From Raillietiella orientalis (taxonomy: Eukaryota), in the NCBI GenBank assembly GCA_036172245.1, contig JAYWIR010000023.1, positions 2,728,001 through 2,792,000 on the forward strand: a stretch of DNA of 64,000 bases, written 5' to 3'. The stretch's first letter is position 1. Every line of letters starts with the position of its first letter. This document shows positions 55,512 to 64,000 of the stretch, piece after piece. The notes beneath the pieces were generated by a model. It worked only from the letters and a program-made list of their open reading frames with translations, was not told where the DNA came from and did no database searches. Position numbers and translations under genes: made by a program.

Positions 55512-56482
55512 TCATGAACACCTTCTGCAGCCACCTAAGCTGTGTTGTGTTGATTTCTGCAAGTCTGCACAAGGATGATTCTTTCAAATATTTCATTTGT
55601 TCTTACCAGTGATTCCAATGGTATTTGATTGGCCTTCCTGTTGTTCCTGACTCACTATTTGCTCAAATGTGAGTGAAGCTACTCGGAAAAATAATGATGC
55701 TACAAAGTGCCCAGATGCAGCAGACACCAGCCATAGCTCAGCTTTGAGTTGCAGTGCTACACTGCTGGCTTCTTCTTCAAGCAATGCTAATTGGCTACTG
55801 CGCTGCACAGCCACATTATAGCTCCAAATAAAAATTCTCGTACTAGCAGATCCGTTTTGGTTCCCACAAGAAATGTCAAAGGATAGTGATTGGCATTGGC
55901 ATAAAGGGCATCTTGCATCCAGCACTTGCAGTTGTATAAACTACTGATGTTGCTGATATCAAAAACAAGTAGTACAGCTGTAAGAGACTCATTGAGGGAA
56001 ATATACACGTATATATGTGTCTTCTATTACCATTGGCGCCTCTATAATAGGAACTGGCAATGCTGCGGAATCGCTCCTGCCCAGCTGTGTCCCAGCTGCA
56101 AGTTAATAAACTTAAAATACATCAGTAAGTCGTTGTTACCGACATTTGTAATTGGAGAGGTGCATTCAGTATTTCGAATTGTACAACTTCGAAATCCACT
56201 CCGATTGTTGTTTTGTAGTTTGTCTGGAACAAATTATGGCAGAATCTACAATGCTTGTCAATTTATGCTGTGCATTGTGTTGTTAGATTGCCTGTTTAGT
56301 AACGAAGTTTTGCCCACAAAGGTATCACCTAAAATTATTACTTTCGATGTTCGCGGTATTTTTTCGGAGACCAAAGAGACAGTGTCCACTGTTGTTGAAC
56401 TGAATGCTACTTCTTTATAGGGGGTGATGCTCGGTGGGCGTGGATATTTGTTTATTCGGTAAGGTTCGTGATGGCTAACCAT
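55512..56482 (-). CDS. Rab34/Rab36-like small GTPase; exons 56482-56292, 56245-56144, 56095-56031, 55977-55844, 55802-55607, 55564-55512; 246 aa
   Basis: N-terminal extension, then [67 protein letters not shown] (Rab34/36-type G4 without Asn), [17 protein letters not shown] and C-terminal GCRRCS*. Exon lengths sum to 741 nt with consistent phases. Confidence 0.9.
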
Positions 56483-58199
56483 TATACCTGGATCTTGAAA
56501 AGTCGAAAAATTAAAAGTACTTGTCTGTTCTCAGAATGAATTCACAGTGAAATAGAACATAAGTCATGGTGCTAGGAAAAATTTTCAAAGTGTGTGCTTT
56601 CTAGACAATATGTATGCTCTTGCTGCATATGCATTGGTGCTGTAGGAATCATGTAACGCTTTGCTGAATGTAGAATTTCTGCATTACCAACGGAAAATCG
56701 TTCTTATGCAAATTCCATTACTCGAGTATTACGGGAAGGCCTCTTAAAATTCTCCTTGCGAACAAAAGTGCGATGAAATGTAAAAAAAAAAAAAAAAAAT
56801 CTGTTACCCCCCCCCCTCCTTCCCCCCACTGAAGCGCTAATTCACTTAAGAGTGAAGTAATTATCGAATCGTCATAACAAGTATAACGCTGAATGAAAAT
56901 TAATTTAAAGAGGGTCCATCATTTTTTTCGTGATTTCTCGATAACTTCACAAAGTTGCTTGGTTACGTGTGAATGAGAACGGTTAAAAATCATCAAAGCG
57001 CTTCTTCGGGAAAAAACACACGTGTAATTCCATTCTCTTGGACCCATTTTTTCGTGTAATGTACTTTAATCTTAAGATTCCATTCTTGTTTCATTCGAGC
57101 CTGTTTTGTGAGGGTGAGAACCCTGGCAAAAAGCAAATGCATTTACACGAAAACTAAGTGCATTTTGTTCATTGAAGAGGAATTGGGAAAAATGAAAATA
57201 AAATCGATCCTTTCGTTTCACACTAAAGCATTTTGGTATACTGTACTTGAAATGGGTGAAAATTCGTAGGTGATATGCAGGAGAGCGAAAAAAATCACAA
57301 AATACCACGCTGCAAACGCTTTTTAAAGGGGAATGTGTGCAGAAAGGAATGCCAATCTGAAGTTTGGAAACAGCTAAAATATGAAATCACATTCACATTA
57401 AATATCTCATTAAGCAGGCAATAATGACAAGTCAGTGATAATGCTTGAGAAAAGATTCCATAATATTTCAGGAGTGCGAGTGAAAATCCTTTTTCCAAGC
57501 AAAGGTGATTAAGGTCTTACGTGTTTCCTGAATCGAAGGCACACAGCAGTACTTAAACCTCCATAAATTAGACGGCCGTAGAGGGAAAATGTTTACAGAA
57601 TTATTCATCAAAAAAAAAAAAAAATGAATGATAATCTAAAAACACATATACCTGTATGACTACTGAGGTATTTTAAACAGTAAAACCATTCCACTTCTCT
57701 ACACAATTAACGCCAAAACCATTACATATATGATTTTTTTTGTCTATATTAAAATGAAAGCTGCAAATGTTTACTTCGTTTCCCAGGAATGTCATACGCT
57801 TCTTGAAACCACAAGTATGTCTTCGGCTGCAAACGGCTGTTTTTGGAAAATAGAAGACTTTCTTTTGGCTCGTTCTATCGGTGTGCGGACGATGCGTCCA
57901 CGAACGTCGGCGTGAATGGAAATCAATACGGGTGTGCTGTTAAAGGTAGAGGGAAATCAGGCAGGTGGCATTTCCGGGCACACTTTTCATGCATTTCTTC
58001 TAAAATCCTGGAATTCTATTCGAAAATAATAATAAAATCCAAAGAGTAATAATAATAATGTCTGCTCCTGTGTAATTGGAATGCATTTTATGGTGAAGTG
58101 GAATTGCATACTTGTAAAACTTTGCGGTTTGCTATGATTCCGAAACCGTTAGTGACTGAAAATATTAGCATCTTACAGATAAAAAGCAAATGCTTATTT

Positions 58200-58202
<3 letters not shown>

Positions 58203-58265
<63 letters not shown>

Positions 58266-58318
58266 CAAAACAAAACAAAACAAAACAAAACAAAACAAAA
58301 CAAAAAACAAAAAACAAA
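58203..58318. repeat. Poly(A) run followed by (CAAAA)n pentanucleotide repeat
   Basis: Direct reading of the sequence. Confidence 0.95.
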
Positions 58319-61300
58319 TGAGGTTGTGGTTTCAATAGGGGCTATCGATATAATCCCAAATTGCATTGGAATAGCAAAGTTGATTCATCACATCTTGTCA
58401 TAGTTCACATCGAAAATTCGTATTTGTACTCCTTAAGAGCTTTTTTCAAGCTTATAAAATTAGCAGTATGATATTCACAATATAAATCTAGCCCTCATTT
58501 AACAAAACAACCAAGGCCTTACCCTGTTCATGAAATGTTTATCTCACTACCATAAAAAAGAATAAAACGAATGAGGGATAATTAATTCTGATACATTATG
58601 AAAATATTGTTAAATGATTATGATGAACAAACCCATTAAGTCTTGGAAGAGAGTACAGTACTGTTTCAGAAAAAGCGAATTCAAGCCATTCATTGAGTTT
58701 TTATATTGTATTAAATCATTGTAGATTTTTGTGATTGGAATAGAGATTGATCACTATGAGCATTTGTTTTCTTCATCTTTGTAAGAGTGCTTAACATATC
58801 TATTTCTGAGAATGCTAACTATTGATTATTGGTAATTAACCATGTTAACACCTTCAACCCTTAATAGATCGGACTTGATCGTAAGTTCTAAATGTTAATT
58901 CTTAGTTAAGAAATTCGAATTGCATAGTAAATGCACAGTGTTTCATGGATAGGAATGTTCTGATATTTGAAGTCTTTATCGTTTTCGTTCTGCTTTTGAC
59001 TGGAAAAATCTGAACATGCCTTTAAAACTTTTTTAATGTATTTGGGGATGCATCATTTACATTTCCTTGTCAAGAGTACATAATGGCAACATACAGTTTT
59101 ATTGCTTAGCATATGCAATCAACTTGTGCTATGCAGTTCATTTCATGGTAGCTAGGGAAAACGATACGTATTGACTTGATTACTTCATCCATGGAATGCA
59201 TGCTCAATGTTTGGAGTTTTCTAAACACGATTTCAAGCTATTGCTTCCGATATTGCTTCTAAACAGTACATGTCTATCAACTGAAAATCTATTAGTGGTG
59301 AGAAATCTCGTCAGAAAAATCCTTTTTTTAAAGGTGTTCACATAAGGTCTTTTGAAGTGCATCCTCTTCATCTTACTCTTCCATCCACTTTGAATTCTTT
59401 ATGCTCCTACGCTAAGCTTTTGTGTCACTCTTTTCGCCTCGTCTTCAAGCTCTGGAAATCGATCACTACTTTATTTATGACGAATTTCTTATGCTATCTT
59501 TCGGTTTATTCATCAATTCAGTTTGGTGAAAAATTTTCTAATGAATTGTGACAATTCCATACATCGTATCCTACTATGGTCTCTACTTGTTATATTGTTT
59601 TTCTAGACACTTAAAAATGATCATTACAAAGATTGTGCTGTTCATTGAAGCTACCTGATTCGTAATGTCTTTGTTTTACTGCATGGCTTCTTATCAGCGT
59701 ATCACTTCCTGAGTATTTAGTATCAGTCAATATGGATATTTCGTCGTGAAATATAATAAAAGCTTATGGCAAGACTGCGAGATGTTTGAAAATGAAAAGA
59801 AAAAAGAATTCATGAGGACTGATCAGTCCGTCATTGTGTGCAAGAATCAGGTTCAGGCACGTGTAAGATGTCTTATACAATTTTCATATGAAATTTCAGT
59901 TATTTTTACAATTTATTTGGACTCATTAATTTGCATTTTCAAGCATATCTGAGATATTTTCTTTCACGGGAAGAAAAATCTGCCACTTTTTTTTCCGAAA
60001 ATTTCGTTCTTCAGTTCAATTCATTTTTTATTCTATAAACTTCTTGTTCTATACAGCTTAATTTTCATGCTTCTCTCTACACATTTCTATACTTCACTCA
60101 CTAATGAAGAAAGCTTCTGATACAAAATGCACTTTTCTCGAGGTCTCTAAATGCCTCAAAGTTAGAATGTGACTGGAGTGATGCTTATCTATTCCATCTT
60201 TTGCAGATTTTCTTTCCTGATCTTATCTTTTAGAGTTCGAAAGAGTCTAGTTCTGAGGATTAAGATTTTGTATACAAAGAAAGAAATCCTGAACGTAACT
60301 TTCACTGTATAGTTTATCGTTCTTATCGAATACTGGCTTTTATATTACTTTCATATTATATTACTTCATATTACTTTCCATTATATACATACTTTCCATC
60401 ATCCTGTCTTCACGGGTTGCTGTATAGGTGCAAGATATCACTGTCCAGAATGCAGTATAAATTCTCTTGCGTACCGAATATTATCGACTGTTTATTTGAG
60501 TATTAGAACATCAATGTCTAGTGTCACTATGATATTTTGAAGGTCACAATTTGAGGCGAATCATGAATGAATCATGTGCATTCACTGACTGTCTTTTTTC
60601 TCTTAAACGTGAATGACGTACTGTTTCTTGGTTCCGAATATGTTGATATCCAGATGAGCAAAATGCCTTGGCGAGTCACTTGCTGCATATGTGCTAAAAG
60701 TCGAATGGCCACATTATCCTCGCAACGGCTTCCTTAAAAATGGTGCTTTGCGCTCGTACTTAGGAGAAAACACTAAAAGTTTCCATCTCATGGGTGAGTT
60801 TTTTGTTCTTTTCAAGTTTGTGATATCTTTTACCGCCTTGTAATTTTTATGCAGACGGCGATCTTTTGCTGTCGTAAAAAGCAATGTGTCTGTTGCTGTG
60901 ATGCAGTGGTGCCATTTGCACTTCACTCCGGTATGGGGTTTTTCTTCCCTCTGAAAGGAATGCATTATGCGTTTCGTGTTTTTTTTCTTCCATTTTTTGA
61001 CCTTTGAAGCTTATTTCTTCCTGGTAACCCATTGCACCGACTGAGTAGTTGATTATTGGCGTGTGCGCATATCCTGCCTTCCAGGTGACTTCTTTCGTTG
61101 CATAGAGTTGGAACCCCATAGAACGAAAGCGAATTCAATTCCAAAAACGCTGGTTCATTGTTTTTGGTCAGACTCCCGTTGGTTTGCAATTGATTTCTGA
61201 CCTGTGTCTTCTCGGCTGTTGTAAATACCTCAGTTGAAAGCAAGAGAAGAGTAGTAAAATCAAAAATCAAAAGTTTGTCTATAAATATCTATACAAATAG

Positions 61301-62299
61301 CTAAGCACAAGAAGAACTATCGCGAAAATAAATCCTTCATCATATTCTGATTCGAATATGTTGCGCGAGTGTGCCATTTGCTTGTAATCATATTTCTCAA
61401 CCAACAGAGAAGTTTGGGGTGCCTTTCGTTATCAACCGGTTTTCCGTAACAGCTAAAAAGTGTTTGCCAACGTACATGGTCAGCTGTAAAGAAACAGTTC
61501 CCCCCCCCAGCACTTTCCATTCAAGCCAGTGCAGTTGGTGACTTCATGAGTCGTAATGACACTTTCGGACCTTAGTTGAACTTTCAGTTCGGTGCAGTTC
61601 TTCATGGTTCGGTCATCAGGGGTTGAAGCTACCAAAATTTCTTGATCCATGATTTTGTAGCTCTCTGAGATTGGCAATTTGGATCTCCGTGTATTGGCTC
61701 CATTTTTTTTGTTTTTCATTTAAAGGGCGATTTCATTTCAGTGTCTATTTCTGTATTGCCATTTCTTCACAGAGCTTTCGCCATTTCTTTATCCATACAC
61801 AGTGAATATATGTTTCGTACATCAGTAGCCACCTTTTGCTGCATCCATTGATTGTGGCCTTTGGATTTCATTAGTCATTCTAGTGACTTCTGACTCAGCA
61901 AACTCTGGCTTCCCGTTACAAACAGTTTACTCCTTTGTACTTCATATTCTGTATTTTCGTTTACGAATCTTGAAAGTACCGTGATATCTCGGATTAAATG
62001 TATCCCTGATTTTGGATGGTTGGACAAACCGAGGAGAAAGTTTGCTCTTTGAAAATGCACCATTTCATTGATTTTGCGCTGGGATTAGACCACGTTTCTA
62101 TTACTTCTGATCATCCATAATACTGTTTCTTGCTGCTTGTTTCTTATGCAACCCAATAGAACGTACAGTGGTAGAAAAATTGCATCGCATTAGTATTGCG
62201 TTTGGATTTATTTCCGCTCCTAATTCTCATCTGAGAGACCCCAAAAGATTTGTATACCCCATGTTACTGCTCGTTTGGCGTTCCTGTTCTACGTTTTCA

Positions 62300-64000
62300 T
62301 TCATAAACTTCCAACTTTCGTTTTCAACTTATTTCCTGATTGAGGAGTATGGAAGGTGTGCAACAGTATGAATGTCAGGTAATGCACACAATGAGTGAAC
62401 ACAGGTTGTTTTGTTTCGTGTACTCTTGCTGTCTTCGGACGGACGGAGCAAACCGGCAGTTTATTCTGAGACTCTACCGAGAACATCCACTTTTCGTTCC
62501 TCTCGCTTTCGTCGTAAATCTGTACCACCAGGGAATTGTAGAAATTTTCATTGGAGCTAAGACCTCTCGTCAGGAGCACACCAGAAGCTTTGATTTGCAT
62601 CGCTCGAAGATGCACAGTTCGCTACCAGAACGGTTCCAACCGCATCGCATCCTAGCATTAGTGTGTGGCGTCAGTATATTAGTAAACTTGACCGCTTGCA
62701 TCCTATGTCCATCACTCTGAGAGTTGGAGCCGCAAAAGCCAACTTGGGAAAGTACGGTGTTCCATTGAGAAGCATCCGGGTCAAGGGAAAGCCATGTCCT
62801 GCGTCGGAGCACACACTTTTCGTTCAGGCGCTCGTGTCCCAGGAATCACCTGCAGTTCTCCCACTTCACGCTGCTCGATACAATTTGCTGCCCGTGAGAG
62901 TGGTGGCCGCAAGAAGCGGTGTGGGTCGAATGCGGAGGAGGCTTGTAGGTACGGGAAGAGCCCTCGAGGCACTTCCTCAGTCGCCGAGTGAACAATTTCA
63001 ACTCGATCTCCAAGAAGCACAGCCCATTTGGCCGACTTCGTTAAGTTTCCTTGATACAGGGAAAAAAAAAAACAGGAACTTGTGACTCAAACCGACCAGT
63101 CCCGGGAGGAGATGGTTCAAAGCCCCGACAGGACCTAGCGCTGCAAAATGGAGGCTTGAGTATGTCTCCTGTCCATGCGGGAGCGCGGTTGCAGCATTGG
63201 ACGAAGCACGAGAGGGAGTGGTTTTCACCCTGTGAAGCCGGAACTTTTACTTAAAAAAATAAACCACAAGTCAAAGGGAACAACAGTGTCCCCTAAAAAC
63301 AAGAGATGTCCAAAAAACAGAAGTTCATCGGGGATGACCACCAGCACGCAGACAAATAAATAAATAAAAAAAAAGTGAGGGTAGGGGCAGGGGTCTTTGG
63401 TTTTCTTCGTTCCTTTTCTTCTAGAAGCGGTAGTATATGGTAGCAATCTCACTGATGCCCTCTTTTGGTAGATGAGACCACCTTGCAGCCGTCCTCATCA
63501 AGGCGGATGCCGTGCTGGTGACCTTTTGTTGCGAACGTGACTTGAGCACATGGCGGACTGTCACTATGTCGCAGATGTCTCTCGTTACGATCACATCTCG
63601 ACTTCAGCCCGCCTTGAGTGAAGAAGCGCCACAGCAAGTCCGAAGCAAGGAAGATTCTGTGCATTACGCACTCCCGAAGCAAGTTTCCGCCTCATGTCCT
63701 CCAGGACACTGCAGTCCAACAGGAGGTGCGGGAACGATTCCATCGCCCCGCGCCTCGAACAATTCGGAGGAGGCAACTCTCCCGGAAACCAGGTGTGATT
63801 GCACCGTAATCCCCTCAGTGCACAGACAGCAGCACATCCCGTTTACAACGGAGCGGGAACACGGAAGTGTTCGCTCACAGGGAAGGGACACACCAAGCAG
63901 GTCACTCCGCCGAAGGAGTCCTTTCGCCCAGAAACAAGAAATGGTGGTTGGCTGCTGTCGTTGTTTGCCCTGAGGGCCGACAGTGCTGCGGTAAGGCGTG
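62300..64000 (-). mobile_element. Decayed non-LTR retrotransposon (R2/NeSL-like RT + restriction-like endonuclease); runs off the window end
   Basis: GC-rich block with degenerate motifs in the expected order on the minus strand: RRGAMESFPHLLLDCSVLEDMRRKLASG (~QGDPLSPLLF..RT domain), ALPHGQETYSSLHFAALGPVGAL (~thumb LP..T...H...GGLG), NILTPHTNARMRCG...C...RC, YNSLVVQIY...WMFSVE...VRP (~RHN...RPD of RLE). Many frameshifts; no intact YADD. Confidence 0.5.

Noticed and set aside
61317..61520. Minus-strand ORF with GGGNCFFTA, reminiscent of the OTU protease GDGNC motif
   Set aside because: The motif comes from a G homopolymer run, lacks the Asp, and has no downstream OTU motifs.
1..64000. tRNA, rRNA, snRNA, CRISPR or prokaryotic-type systems
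   Set aside because: None recognisable by eye; the DNA is intron-containing eukaryotic sequence. A tRNAscan/Infernal search would be needed to exclude small RNAs fully.

Overview
Eukaryotic (metazoan) AT-rich genomic DNA with very short spliceosomal introns (mostly 40-55 nt, tttcag/ttttag-type acceptors). The style suggests a compact invertebrate genome, possibly a basal (clade I-like) nematode; this is inference only. I reconstructed eight protein-coding genes by hand: a CLIP-170/CLIP-190-like CAP-Gly protein (+), RNA Pol II subunit RPB11 (-), Nup214 (+), TSC1/hamartin (-), RPAP2/Rtr1 (-), a ZDHHC5/8 palmitoyltransferase (+), an intronless FRA10AC1 (+) and a Rab34/36-like GTPase (-). The first ~15 kb is largely non-coding; it holds candidate alternative first exons of CLIP and a hAT-type MITE. 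Heavily decayed non-LTR retroelement remnants lie at ~32.4-35.1 kb and ~62.3-64 kb. I found no convincing novel multi-gene system. The most striking observations concern gene architecture: FRA10AC1 and Rab34/36 stop codons only 1 nt apart, crossed poly(A) signals for CLIP/RPB11, an operon-like RPAP2-TSC1 pair, a GC-AG intron and several perfect palindromes/hairpins.
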